From IMG/VR virus record IMGVR_UViG_2710264778_000001, positions 165,130 to 229,129 of that record: DNA of 64,000 nt, one strand, 5' to 3'. Origin of the DNA: a virus (taxonomy: Duplodnaviria > Caudoviricetes). A program made the position numbers and the translations under genes. Below the pieces are notes generated by a model. That model made no database searches. It saw only the letters and a list, made by a program, of their open reading frames with translations, and was not told where the DNA came from. Below are positions 21,976 to 32,507 of this stretch, piece after piece. The stretch's first letter is position 1; the number at the start of each line of letters is the position of its first letter.

Positions 21976-22740
21976 CTAATCTGTTATTTCTACTATATAG
22001 TTATATAGTGCATTGTATAGTTTTTTAGGTATTATGCCCTTGTACTCATCAGCCACTTGTTTTATATATTTTTCTTTAAATGGTTTATAGCCTAAATAAA
22101 AAGCATCTTCAACATTAGAATATATACCTAAATATATAGTTTTTCTTTTTTTATTATTTAATGTACTACAATAAGACTGATATCCATTATTTTTACAACT
22201 GACACCTATAGGATATTCGCCTCTAACTTTATTACATTTACAAAACAAAGTATTTATTCTTTCAGGGACTATCAAACATGTTTCTGGCGAATATATTTTA
22301 TTATTTTTATGTAAGATATCTTTGTCTATACACATCTTTTCGTTATCTACTTCATACCAGTTATTATAAAACCACTGTGCAAAGTTCTGAAAATTTAACC
22401 ACTCTTTGCAAATAGTAACCTCTTTATAACGTGGTCTTTTGCTTAAATCTTTGTCGTTGTAACAACGTTTTATTATGTCATTCCAGTATCTGTAACACAG
22501 TGTTTCTTTTTTATTTATGTATGGATTATATTTACCTTCTCCTAGATAGCCAATACCATATACAGTTTTACAATATGGTGATTTAATACGATTGTTTTTA
22601 AAATTATCATATGTACTAATTGTTTCATATCCATTATCAAATCTTATTTTTATATTCATTGCATTTAAATATTCTATTATTGTCATTTTACTTCCGAAAT
22701 TATTAATTTTTGTTTCTCCAACTCTATCTATTCTTTCCAT
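21976..22740 (-). CDS. free-standing HNH-type homing endonuclease (copy 3)
   Basis: FQNFAQWF, IDKDIL and YSPETC motifs. Confidence 0.75.
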   Translation of the reverse strand: MERIDRVGETKINNFGSKMTIIEYLNAMNIKIRFDNGYETISTYDNFKNNRIKSPYCKTVYGIGYLGEGKYNPYINKKETLCYRYWNDIIKRCYNDKDLSKRPRYKEVTICKEWLNFQNFAQWFYNNWYEVDNEKMCIDKDILHKNNKIYSPETCLIVPERINTLFCKCNKVRGEYPIGVSCKNNGYQSYCSTLNNKKRKTIYLGIYSNVEDAFYLGYKPFKEKYIKQVADEYKGIIPKKLYNALYNYIVEITD

Positions 22741-22769
22741 TGTACCACCGTTACCTAGTTATATTTTAT

Positions 22770-23063
22770 TTATATATAAGTTTCTTTATCAAAATAAATA
22801 TCATCTTCTGTAAATCTATAAAGATTTTCTGATACATTGACTGGAATAAAATCAACTAATTGAATTGTATCTGATTCAAAATAATCTTTTAGTTGTTGAA
22901 TTAATATTTCCTCTATAATTTGAGTTCTTTCAAATTCTAGATCTTGTTCTAAATCATTTTTATCTGGTTTTATATAAATATCATCCTCTATTGTAAGTAT
23001 TTTATCACCATTTAATTCTATATCATTTATATAATATTTATAAGTTACTATGTAATCTATCAT
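22770..23063 (-). CDS. hypothetical protein
   Basis: Translationally coupled ORF. Confidence 0.55.
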   Translation of the reverse strand: MIDYIVTYKYYINDIELNGDKILTIEDDIYIKPDKNDLEQDLEFERTQIIEEILIQQLKDYFESDTIQLVDFIPVNVSENLYRFTEDDIYFDKETYI

Positions 23064-23362
23064 TATAATGTCCCTCCATTTGCATATAATTTATCAAAAT
23101 CTTCTTTCCACATTAATTCGGCTATTACATCCATATCACCACACATCATCATTTGAATCACTACTATTTCTTTATTTTTTGCGTAAGAAGTATTGGTTTC
23201 ACTAATTTTTGGATTTCTATTTAAAATTTGTTTTCCTAATGGACTTTCTAAATGAAACCTTAAAAAGAAACTATCTTTATAATTCTTTAATATTGTTCCA
23301 GTAATAGCATTAATATTTAAATTATTATTACTTGTTGAATATGTATTATTTGTATTAAACAT
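23063..23362 (-). CDS. hypothetical protein
   Basis: Translationally coupled ORF. Confidence 0.55.
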   Translation of the reverse strand: MFNTNNTYSTSNNNLNINAITGTILKNYKDSFFLRFHLESPLGKQILNRNPKISETNTSYAKNKEIVVIQMMMCGDMDVIAELMWKEDFDKLYANGGTL

Positions 23363-23554
23363 TTATACTTCCACCCTTCCTAAAATTAATGCTGAAAATA
23401 CTAATTGCCCATTATCAAGTGTATTGGTTTTATATTGTACTTCAACTTCTTGACCATCATTTTGTAAATTATTTATTGATTGCTTTAAATCATCATTAAA
23501 TTTCTCAAATTCAGTATTACTTATATGAAAATATCCTTCTATCTTTTTCATCAA
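23363..23554 (-). CDS. hypothetical protein
   Basis: ORF with RBS. Confidence 0.55.
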   Translation of the reverse strand: MMKKIEGYFHISNTEFEKFNDDLKQSINNLQNDGQEVEVQYKTNTLDNGQLVFSALILGRVEV

Positions 23555-23618
23555 TATTCACTCCTTAATATTTATATAATTTATTTCTAAATAAAATTTC
23601 TCTTTTAAAAAATTCGCA

Positions 23619-23834
23619 TTAAAAACCATTTATTTCGTAATAAATATAATCTTGTACTTCTGTTGTTTCAAAGGTAACATTGTTTGGTATATCAAAATAC
23701 TTTAATATATGTTGTTTAGCATCATTTTCATCAAAAGCACAGCATAAATATGTAGCATATTTCTTTGCTTTTACTTCAATATCTCTGTCGCCAACTTGTT
23801 CTAATTCATAAACTGAAACTAAATATCTTTTCAT
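23619..23834 (-). CDS. hypothetical protein (probable start MKRYL)
   Basis: GGGAGG RBS precedes the internal Met of ORF 23619-23900. Confidence 0.5.
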   Translation of the reverse strand: MKRYLVSVYELEQVGDRDIEVKAKKYATYLCCAFDENDAKQHILKYFDIPNNVTFETTEVQDYIYYEINGF

Positions 23835-23835
23835 A

Positions 23836-24387
23836 TTAATTATCCTCCCTATCCCATGTATAAAATAAATCTTTATGTAATCCACATCCCCAAGGTGCAT
23901 CTATAACATGTCTACTAGCATCAAATTGTCTTAAATAATTAAACATATCCATACCACTTCTTCCATAAGTATCTAAGTCTATAAATTTAACTATATCTTG
24001 ATTCCCTCGTCTAAAACATACTACCGCCCAACTACCAGTTCCACCTTTATATCCACCTGATTGTTGAATATCAGCACCCATTTTAACACACGCTTGAATT
24101 GTTCTATGTAATGAATCATATTTGTTATCTAGTTCATTATAGTTATTTCTATAATCTTTCCTTAATGTAGAAATATCATCATTAGTAGATTCAATTGATT
24201 TATTAAGAGTCTTAAAATTATCTTTGTCTTTTTCGGTTAGACTTATAATATCTTGATTATTTTTAGTTTTATATGTATTAAAGTCTTTGCTTACATTAAT
24301 AAGATTCGAATTAAGCTTGTCTATTTCTAGCCAATGAATTAATTTTAATCTTATTTTACTTTTTAATCTTCTAAACAATTTAATCAA
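23836..24387 (-). CDS. hypothetical coiled-coil protein
   Basis: ORF coupled to the HslV-like gene. Confidence 0.55.
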   Translation of the reverse strand: MIKLFRRLKSKIRLKLIHWLEIDKLNSNLINVSKDFNTYKTKNNQDIISLTEKDKDNFKTLNKSIESTNDDISTLRKDYRNNYNELDNKYDSLHRTIQACVKMGADIQQSGGYKGGTGSWAVVCFRRGNQDIVKFIDLDTYGRSGMDMFNYLRQFDASRHVIDAPWGCGLHKDLFYTWDREDN

Positions 24388-24391
24388 CTCC

Positions 24392-24979
24392 TTATTCTTG
24401 AAACTCTAAGATTTCATCATCAATAGTATTCATAATATAAAAAGGTTTATCTACTCCACAACTAAAATGTGAAGCTCCTTGTAAAGCAATATGTATTTTA
24501 TCAGTTATAGATTTATTACTATCCTGTAATGCAAATAAACTACCGTTAGCATGATATTCGCCACAACCACAAGTCTCATATTCTTCAAAACTCTCACTGA
24601 CCTGAAAATCACATTGTACATAAAACAATTTATCTTTATAAGCTATTAAGAAAAATCCACCTTCATCTTTTGTTCCATAATTGCCATCTTCAAATAGTTT
24701 TTTAATTTTAGGTATTAATTCAGTAACCATATATTTGTGATTCATTTCCCATTTCTTAAATGTTATTTCTTCTTCTGTTGGGAATATATCTGAATACATT
24801 AATAGTTGTCCCATTCTGTAAGAACTTGTAAACCCTAATAAGAAATTTTTATTCTTTTCTGGCTTAAATATCTTTTTATCTTTTCTATATGTTTTTGTGC
24901 TTCCATTTGAACCTAGACTGTCGCACCCCATATAAACCTTACTATTCTTTTTATCAATTACTCCTATAATACATGTCAT
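24392..24979 (-). CDS. HslV/proteasome-beta-like Ntn peptidase
   Basis: N-terminal MTCIIG (Thr nucleophile), MGCDS, KIF and GCG...A.G motifs. Confidence 0.7.
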   Translation of the reverse strand: MTCIIGVIDKKNSKVYMGCDSLGSNGSTKTYRKDKKIFKPEKNKNFLLGFTSSYRMGQLLMYSDIFPTEEEITFKKWEMNHKYMVTELIPKIKKLFEDGNYGTKDEGGFFLIAYKDKLFYVQCDFQVSESFEEYETCGCGEYHANGSLFALQDSNKSITDKIHIALQGASHFSCGVDKPFYIMNTIDDEILEFQE

Positions 24980-25134
24980 TTTAACATCACTCTCTTTCTT
25001 TTATTTTTAACTTAATTATAATTTATCTATATTCTTATAAAATACAAATTTGATTGGGATAATATTTATCAATGTTCGTATTGCTGATGTATTATCCCGT
25101 AATTTTTATCATTTTTCAGTTGTTTTAATTTATA

Positions 25135-25776
25135 TTATTCGTGTTTTCCTCCAAACATATCATCTAAATTAATTCCAAAATCACCATACCCTTTTAAATC
25201 TTTATGACATTTTTTACTTGATATTTGTTTCTTTCTTTTAAATTCTTCTTTATTGAAAGTTAATCCAAAAGTTTCACACATTAATTCATATACATATTCA
25301 TTAGGCAAATACTTACCAGTTTTAAATAAATACATATCATCTCCATTTAAATATCTAGCTAATACACAACCTACTGCTCCACTTCTTGATATTCCCATAG
25401 TACAATGAATATAAATATTTGTTATTTCATCTTCAATGCAATCATCTATTACCTCTTTTATAATATCTGCTTGTGATTTACTCATTAATTTACATTTAGA
25501 ACCTTTTTCTATAACTCTAGGTGTTATATCATCAAAATAAAGTTTTAGTAACGAAATACTAGGATTTGTTTTAAAATCTATTTCTTCTCCAGTATCTATT
25601 ATTGATATTAATTGAATTTGTTCATCATTGTTATATGTATTATAAAAATTAATAGCTTCATCTTTACTTAGAATTTTTATGTTATATCTCATTTTATTCA
25701 CCTCCAATACATTTCCAATCTTTGTCGCAATATTCAAAGAACCAAATTTTATTAGTAGTAAAAACACTGAAACCAT
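25135..25776 (-). CDS. protein tyrosine/dual-specificity phosphatase-like protein
   Basis: HCTMGISRS (HCxxGxSRS) P-loop, FDDI and PN motifs; true start probably near 25690. Confidence 0.8.
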   Translation of the reverse strand: MVSVFLLLIKFGSLNIATKIGNVLEVNKMRYNIKILSKDEAINFYNTYNNDEQIQLISIIDTGEEIDFKTNPSISLLKLYFDDITPRVIEKGSKCKLMSKSQADIIKEVIDDCIEDEITNIYIHCTMGISRSGAVGCVLARYLNGDDMYLFKTGKYLPNEYVYELMCETFGLTFNKEEFKRKKQISSKKCHKDLKGYGDFGINLDDMFGGKHE

Positions 25777-25780
25777 AATA

Positions 25781-25975
25781 TCAATCTTGAATATAAGTTA
25801 CTAATTCATGTGGAAAGAAAGTACCATCAGTATCTACTATTCTTAATGGTTCTCCAACTTTAATAGTTGACCTAGAATAATCTATTTTTCTATTATTATA
25901 TTGTGAATATACTTCTAGCTGAGTATTTTTATTGATTAGATTTATCAGTTTAATATTCTGTGTTGTCATTTGCAT
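25781..25975 (-). CDS. hypothetical protein
   Basis: ORF with RBS. Confidence 0.5.
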   Translation of the reverse strand: MQMTTQNIKLINLINKNTQLEVYSQYNNRKIDYSRSTIKVGEPLRIVDTDGTFFPHELVTYIQD

Positions 25976-25990
25976 TATTTATCACCTCAT

Positions 25991-26482
25991 TTAACAAATT
26001 TGCCACCAATAATCAAAGACTTTTCTATAGGAATTACCTTTTAATTTAAAGTCTTTATTTCTTCTGACTTTAACATTACTAAATTTCTTATAATAAACTG
26101 TTCTGCTATATTTATTACTATGATTGGTTAAATAGTTTCTTTCTAAATATCCATCTCTTTCTGATACAACATAGTAAGAACAAATATCTTTTATGTTTTG
26201 TAATTTTTGTTGTGTTATCTTCTTACGTTCATATTGATTTAATCTAGGATTTCTTTTCTTTTTAACTAGTTTAGGATTATTCTCATCATAGTATTCTATA
26301 GCTTCTTCTAAGTTTTGTTGTATAATACTAAAATATTCATCTTCTGAGCCTATTAATTCTTTTGGTTCATTATATAAATCTTCAACTCCAAAACACCAAT
26401 ATTCAAATTCATCATCTTGGAGGGTTCTATATGCTTGTACTTCAATTAAATCTAGTTGTAAATCTTCTAATGATTTATTCAT
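25991..26482 (-). CDS. hypothetical protein
   Basis: ORF with RBS. Confidence 0.6.
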   Translation of the reverse strand: MNKSLEDLQLDLIEVQAYRTLQDDEFEYWCFGVEDLYNEPKELIGSEDEYFSIIQQNLEEAIEYYDENNPKLVKKKRNPRLNQYERKKITQQKLQNIKDICSYYVVSERDGYLERNYLTNHSNKYSRTVYYKKFSNVKVRRNKDFKLKGNSYRKVFDYWWQIC

Positions 26483-26584
26483 AATGTCACCTCTTTTAAA
26501 CTTAATTATAATTTATTTATTTCCTTATAAAACAAGCTTTTTAACTAGTTGTCCAACTCTCTAAATGCCCTAGAATAGCCATTA

Positions 26585-27013
26585 TTAATTTTCTAACAAT
26601 TCAAGATTTTGATAGATATTACCTATTACTTCTAACTGATCTGTATCATATCCACAGAAAGTATCTAATTCAAATTTATCAGTTACAGATTCAAGCCTAT
26701 AATATCCACAATCCTCAGTATATTTCACAATATAATCAATTGAATTTCTTTTATTTGCCCATGTAACTTTTACTATATATCCTTCATAAATTTCTTTTTC
26801 ATTACAATCTTTAATTCCTATGTATTCTAATAATTTAACTTCGTCTTCAAAGAATTGCACTTCATCAGTTAATTCAATATCATCTATGTATTTACCATTT
26901 GGTATAATTACTGTAACTACTAATGGATTAAAATTAATTGACTTGACTTTAAATATACCAGTTCCATGTATAGGATTATTTATATATGCTTTGTATTTAT
27001 GTTCTCTACTCAT
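26585..27013 (-). CDS. YopX-family phage protein
   Basis: REHKYKAY, EYIGIKDCN.KEIYEG.IV and EVIGNIY motifs. Confidence 0.8.
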   Translation of the reverse strand: MSREHKYKAYINNPIHGTGIFKVKSINFNPLVVTVIIPNGKYIDDIELTDEVQFFEDEVKLLEYIGIKDCNEKEIYEGYIVKVTWANKRNSIDYIVKYTEDCGYYRLESVTDKFELDTFCGYDTDQLEVIGNIYQNLELLEN

Positions 27014-27394
27014 TTAATTTTCCTCCCATATTTCTTCAAGCATATTTTCAACCTCATGAAATGCTATTTTATTATTTCTTGATTTATTTACAATATCTTT
27101 TATTTGAGATAATATTTTATCTTTTTGATTTTCTAATGCTTTATTTTCTTCATATAAATCATCATAATCATTATCAAGTCTATCATATTTTTCTTGAAGT
27201 TCACCAATATACTCATTTGCATCTGCTAAATCTCCAGCTAATGATTCATTTTCTATAACTATTTTGTCAGCTCCATCGAATTTATCTTCAAGCAAATCAT
27301 ATATTTCTTTATCTATGTATGGTTCAATTTGTTTTAATAAATTACTATCTTCAAATATTGTAACTGTTTGTCCGTTGTCTAATTGTATAACCAT
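27014..27394 (-). CDS. hypothetical coiled-coil protein
   Basis: ORF with RBS. Confidence 0.55.
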   Translation of the reverse strand: MVIQLDNGQTVTIFEDSNLLKQIEPYIDKEIYDLLEDKFDGADKIVIENESLAGDLADANEYIGELQEKYDRLDNDYDDLYEENKALENQKDKILSQIKDIVNKSRNNKIAFHEVENMLEEIWEEN

Positions 27395-27408
27395 TAATTA
27401 TCACTCCC

Positions 27409-27669
27409 TTATAATTTTATATTTTCACATTCTCTTATTAAATTTAAATGACTCAATCTCATGCTTGCATAGTTTATAGGTAGTATTGTTTCTCTATAAT
27501 TTTCAATGCAATTATTTTTATCCAAGCTATTTACAAGTTTACAAATGACTTTATCTAGTACCCTTTGTCCAAGTTTCGTACATAAAATATCATTCATTTT
27601 TAATAATCCAGTTGCAAAATCAATATTGTTTTTATCTTCTGTCGACATTTCTAATCCATTATAATTCAT
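27409..27669 (-). CDS. hypothetical protein
   Basis: ORF with RBS. Confidence 0.5.
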   Translation of the reverse strand: MNYNGLEMSTEDKNNIDFATGLLKMNDILCTKLGQRVLDKVICKLVNSLDKNNCIENYRETILPINYASMRLSHLNLIRECENIKL

Positions 27670-27989
27670 TAATTATCAATCCTTTCATTTCTTAACTTAT
27701 TTATATTTTATCTTTATTTAGATTATTTGTCAATTTAAATTTCTAATATTACCATAAAATTCAAGCTTTAATGGGATTTATAATTTCTCAATCCCTAAAT
27801 CATTATTTTCTCTTATAAACTCAGCTCTACCACCTAATAATATTGCTCCAGTATCTTGCCTATTCTTGAATGTATCATCTATTAAGTTTTCTATCTTATT
27901 AATTATTTCATTTCGCTCCTTACAATCATCAGCAAATCCAAAATTTAAACTTAAATTGAATCATATTATATTATTATCTTCCATTATCG

Positions 27990-28238
27990 TTACTCCTTTC
28001 TATCTTTTTTTAAATCATTTAAAATTTTATCCAAACTCTTTAATTCTGATTCTATTGTTCTTGGATTACCATACTTTTTAATACATTTATCAATATCTTT
28101 CATTACTGTTTTATCTTTATGAAATAATTTATCTTGTTCGTCAATAGCTTTAACTAGTTTATTTATTAAGTCTATTTTCTTCTTTTCTAATAGTTCAATA
28201 TCGGATTTAATTTTATCATCTATATACATGAGTGACAC
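27990..28238 (-). CDS. hypothetical protein
   Basis: ORF with RBS. Confidence 0.5.
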   Translation of the reverse strand: MSLMYIDDKIKSDIELLEKKKIDLINKLVKAIDEQDKLFHKDKTVMKDIDKCIKKYGNPRTIESELKSLDKILNDLKKDRKE

Positions 28239-28302
28239 CTCCTTTTGATTCCATAATATGACAATAAATTATCTAATTTATTGACTTATGTATAATCTGT
28301 TT

Positions 28303-29079
28303 TTAATCATTTATGTCTATTTCATATGTATATAATGCATTATATAATTCAATAGGTATTCTATCTTTATAATCATCTGCTACTTCTTTAATTACTTTCT
28401 CTCTATATGTCTTGTACACTTCAAATGCTTCGTTTTCATCATAGAATACTTTACCTAATTTAACTGGTTTTCCATTCTTATTATTTGTACTAACTGTATA
28501 TGTATTACTACCCTTTTTATTTTCATGAACTCCTAATGGGAAATCTCCTCGATTCAATTTTCTATTTATTAATAATAAATTAATTCTATGTGGTACAAAA
28601 ATACAATTGCTTGGACTATATTCTTTATTGCCTTTATGTAAAATATCTTTATCTAAATCCATTCTCTCTGTACCTATATCATAATAATTATCTTCCCACC
28701 AGTCTCTAAAAGTTTGATAATTATGCCACTCTTCGCAAACAGTACAACCTTTATATGAATTTTGTCTAGCATTCCATTTAGGGGTATAGCACCTTCCTAT
28801 CATATTGTGCCAAGTTTTATATTCTTTAAATAATTTATTGTTTTCACTAATTTTCCATCTTCCGTCACCAGTACAGGCAACGCCACAAATTGTTTTATCA
28901 TATGGATTTTTAATTACACCTCGATTAAAATTGCTATATGTAGTATCTTTTGTGTATTTATGTTCATCTTCAAACTGTATCTTTATATGCTCTGTATTCT
29001 TAAATTCAATTATTGTCATTGTTGTCCCATTTTTATTAACATTCTGTTCTCCAATATGTTCACTATAATCTCTCTTCAT
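28303..29079 (-). CDS. free-standing HNH-type homing endonuclease (copy 4)
   Basis: WHNMIGRC, LDKDILHKGN and YSPSNCIFVP motifs. Confidence 0.75.
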   Translation of the reverse strand: MKRDYSEHIGEQNVNKNGTTMTIIEFKNTEHIKIQFEDEHKYTKDTTYSNFNRGVIKNPYDKTICGVACTGDGRWKISENNKLFKEYKTWHNMIGRCYTPKWNARQNSYKGCTVCEEWHNYQTFRDWWEDNYYDIGTERMDLDKDILHKGNKEYSPSNCIFVPHRINLLLINRKLNRGDFPLGVHENKKGSNTYTVSTNNKNGKPVKLGKVFYDENEAFEVYKTYREKVIKEVADDYKDRIPIELYNALYTYEIDIND

Positions 29080-29119
29080 CTTATCTCTCCTTAATTTTAA
29101 ATTTACTTATATTTTATTT

Positions 29120-29599
29120 TTACACTTCTACAAAATTACCATCTCCAACTTTTTGAAATGAATATTGCATATCATAGCCACAATCTATAAATTCTTGTCT
29201 AAAATTATCCATGTACTTATGAACGTCTTTATTATCCCATGCTTTAACTAATATTGTGTCTATTTCATATTCGCTATCTAATATTTCTAATAATCTATAT
29301 TTATAATTTACTATAAATAATTCTTTTTCATATATAATCTCATTTGCTTTGCAACTTCTAGTTATCTTACCTTTAATTTTTATTGGTTGAATAACTGAGC
29401 CATTTTCAAATTCTATCTTATCATTATTTAGATAATGATTCTCGTCTTTTCCTCTCACCTTAGCTAGTTCTTTCATTGACTCTTCATAATCTATTGGTAA
29501 GTTATGTACTGCTTTAATGAAATTATTATATCCTTGTTCTAATTCTTCTGGTGTTTTATTTTCAAGTTCTTTTTTAAATTGTTCAAATTTTTCATTCAT
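29120..29599 (-). CDS. hypothetical protein
   Basis: ORF with RBS. Confidence 0.55.
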   Translation of the reverse strand: MNEKFEQFKKELENKTPEELEQGYNNFIKAVHNLPIDYEESMKELAKVRGKDENHYLNNDKIEFENGSVIQPIKIKGKITRSCKANEIIYEKELFIVNYKYRLLEILDSEYEIDTILVKAWDNKDVHKYMDNFRQEFIDCGYDMQYSFQKVGDGNFVEV

Positions 29600-29614
29600 A
29601 TTAACAACTCTCCT

Positions 29615-29935
29615 TTAATTCAAACTAAATATTTCTCTATTTTTAAATGTATTATTAATTACTATTTCATCATCATTATTGATATTTTCATACCATATAA
29701 CTCTATGACTTCCATTACAATTTAATAGCATGACTTTAAACCATCCAAATCCAATATACCAATATTCTTTATAATCTCTTTCAACTAAATAAGTTCTACC
29801 ATTGATTTTGTCTGTTATGTATGTATTTAAATATTTGCTATCTTTAATATCTACTTGATTTATTCCTTTTGGCAAACCTAACCTTTGTCTTTCAGCTTTA
29901 ACTTTTTCATAACGGTCTTCATTTCCTATAAACAT
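29615..29935 (-). CDS. hypothetical protein
   Basis: ORF with RBS. Confidence 0.55.
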   Translation of the reverse strand: MFIGNEDRYEKVKAERQRLGLPKGINQVDIKDSKYLNTYITDKINGRTYLVERDYKEYWYIGFGWFKVMLLNCNGSHRVIWYENINNDDEIVINNTFKNREIFSLN

Positions 29936-30127
29936 TTTATCACCTCAATTTTATTATATATTTTATCTTCATTTATTAATTTCCCAATAAGTGTAAAATT
30001 TTATTTGGTTTTACTTTGATTGTTTATGTATTAAAAAATAGATACAAGATTTTCTAATAAACCCTGTATCTATAATATACTCTTAATATTTCTTTTTGTC
30101 AACTTAATTATATTTTATTTTCATTAA

Positions 30128-32482
30128 TTAAAAATCAATGACTTCATCAAATAATTCTACCCTTCTTATGACTGGTTTAATATCCTTTATAAATTCTTTT
30201 AGATTTTCATTGGCTTTTATTAATAAATTACATAAGAATGTTTGCTTCTTTTTGATATTACTATTTGTTACTGCATATCTTAAAGCCTTATTTTCAGCAC
30301 ATAAAATGCAATAGATTTTAGCTCTGGTTAGCATTGTATAAACTAATTCTTTTGTTAATAAAGAGTAATGAGAATAATCTAAACCACATATAACATATTT
30401 AGCTGAACTACCTTGTATTTTATGTGTTGTAATACAATATCCCAATTGTATTTCATTTAAATGCATTTGAGGAATTACAACTTCTTCTTTGTTATTGAAT
30501 TTTACATTAATTGTTCCATCTGAATTTATTGATGTTACTATTCCCAAATCACCATTAAAAATAGGAACTTCAACACTTTTATTTTCAGCAGATGATATTT
30601 GATAGTTATTCTTCATATTTATAATCCTATCACCAACATATATTGTTCTTATGGTATTTTTTTCTTTCTTTTTACTCTCTTTACCTATTGTAACATGGTT
30701 GAGTTTTTTATTAGTTACAATATCTTGAACTAAATTGTTTATATTGTATGCTGAAGCTGAACCTCTATCTTTCATTGGTACAATTAATTGAATATCATCC
30801 ATATCTATGCCTTTATCTAGCAATTCTTTAAGATGGAATAACATTCTTTCAACTGTCTTATCTTTACTACTATATATGTCATATTCCATATCTTGAAGTT
30901 TGCCTTTGACCATCTTGCCAACAAAATCTTTTTCAACTAACTGTTCTTTCCTACTAGCTTTTAAACTTTCAGAAATAATTCCACTAGCTTCAGCTTGTCT
31001 ATGTATTTTAGTTAATTCTACAACTTTTATAACTCCACTTTCTAACATATCTTTAGTTAAATTTCCAAGACCAATGGATTCTAATTGTTTTATATCTCCT
31101 AACATAATTAATTTACAACCATTTGCAATTGATTGAATAAGACTATAGAATATTTCTTCACCAACCATTGATATTTCATCTAATATAACCACATCTGGAG
31201 ATAGTGGATTTTTTCTGCTATGTATAAATCTTGATGTCTCAGGATCAACTCCTAATAATCTATGAATTGTAAAGCCTTCTCTTCCTGTAACATCAGTTAA
31301 ATTACCACTTGCTCTTCCAGATAAGGCTGTTTGTGCATAGGTATAATCATCTTGAAAGACTTCTAGCATTCCTGATACTGTTGAAGTTTTACCTGTTCCT
31401 CCTGAACCGACTACTAATATAACTTGATTTTCTAAAATTGCTTTAATTCCTTCTTTTTGTTCATCTGTAAAATCCCAACCTTGTCTTTTCTCTAAGTTAG
31501 CAATTTTTTCTTCATAATCTTCATAAACAAAGTTATTTTCACTAGTAGATAATCTTATAAGTTCCTTGCAAATAGAGTATTCAAGATTATAATATCTTTT
31601 TAAACCTAGCCTTTCTCTATCTTGACTAAACCATAAAAAATTATCTTCTTCTAATGAATGTATTATCTTAATTATTTTATCTTCATCTAGCCCATTACCA
31701 ATACCATTATCTAATCCATTCCATACATCATCTGAGTACACCCAAGAGTTACCATTCATTGCTTCTTGTTTTAGAAAATGTTTAATATAAGCTGTTATTC
31801 TTTTCTCTGAATATTCTCCTATTCCTCCAGCTAAAGCTATTTTATCAGCCTTTTCCCACCCATATCCTTCAATTTCATCCATAAGAATATATGGATTGCT
31901 TTTTATTTTTTTACAAGTTGTTGTTGCTCCACCATAATTCTCAATTAACTTGTCTATTGCATTTCTAGTTAAACCATAGTCATTTAATTCTATATACGCT
32001 TGTGCATTCATTTTAGAATTCTCATATTTTTCAAGTATACCTGATGCATTTTTTTCACCTATTCCTTTAGCTTCTGTTAACTTCTTAATATCTCCTTCTT
32101 CTAATATTTTTATTGGATCTTTGAAAGTTTCAAATAAACTATCAACTTGTTTTTCAGTTAGTATAGTTAATAAGAATGTTCTTTTGTCCTCAATACTATT
32201 TAATTTAATCTTCTCATTTATATAGCATATTTCGTATTGATACCCCCATTTGTCATCATACTTTTCTTTTGCTAATAGATTATATTTTTTAGCATAACTC
32301 AAAGCACAACAACCACCTTTAACAGAAATTGAATTATATTTATTTAAATGTGGTTCTCCTTCTTCAACATCTTCAACTGTGGCTGAAAAGATGGCAAAAT
32401 TACCATCTTCAACACAACCATTTTTAGGAAATAATATTTTATTTATAGCTATTGTGCATTTTAATATCTTTTCATCTTCCAT
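30128..32482 (-). CDS. recD2: RecD2-like SF1B helicase
   Basis: HhH KGIG, Walker A GSGGTGKT, TIHRLL, DEISMV, GD.KQL, HRQ, T.HK.QGS and YT..TRA motifs. Confidence 0.93.
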   Translation of the reverse strand: MEDEKILKCTIAINKILFPKNGCVEDGNFAIFSATVEDVEEGEPHLNKYNSISVKGGCCALSYAKKYNLLAKEKYDDKWGYQYEICYINEKIKLNSIEDKRTFLLTILTEKQVDSLFETFKDPIKILEEGDIKKLTEAKGIGEKNASGILEKYENSKMNAQAYIELNDYGLTRNAIDKLIENYGGATTTCKKIKSNPYILMDEIEGYGWEKADKIALAGGIGEYSEKRITAYIKHFLKQEAMNGNSWVYSDDVWNGLDNGIGNGLDEDKIIKIIHSLEEDNFLWFSQDRERLGLKRYYNLEYSICKELIRLSTSENNFVYEDYEEKIANLEKRQGWDFTDEQKEGIKAILENQVILVVGSGGTGKTSTVSGMLEVFQDDYTYAQTALSGRASGNLTDVTGREGFTIHRLLGVDPETSRFIHSRKNPLSPDVVILDEISMVGEEIFYSLIQSIANGCKLIMLGDIKQLESIGLGNLTKDMLESGVIKVVELTKIHRQAEASGIISESLKASRKEQLVEKDFVGKMVKGKLQDMEYDIYSSKDKTVERMLFHLKELLDKGIDMDDIQLIVPMKDRGSASAYNINNLVQDIVTNKKLNHVTIGKESKKKEKNTIRTIYVGDRIINMKNNYQISSAENKSVEVPIFNGDLGIVTSINSDGTINVKFNNKEEVVIPQMHLNEIQLGYCITTHKIQGSSAKYVICGLDYSHYSLLTKELVYTMLTRAKIYCILCAENKALRYAVTNSNIKKKQTFLCNLLIKANENLKEFIKDIKPVIRRVELFDEVIDF

Positions 32483-32507
32483 TTTTTCACCTCATATTTA
32501 TTTTATT

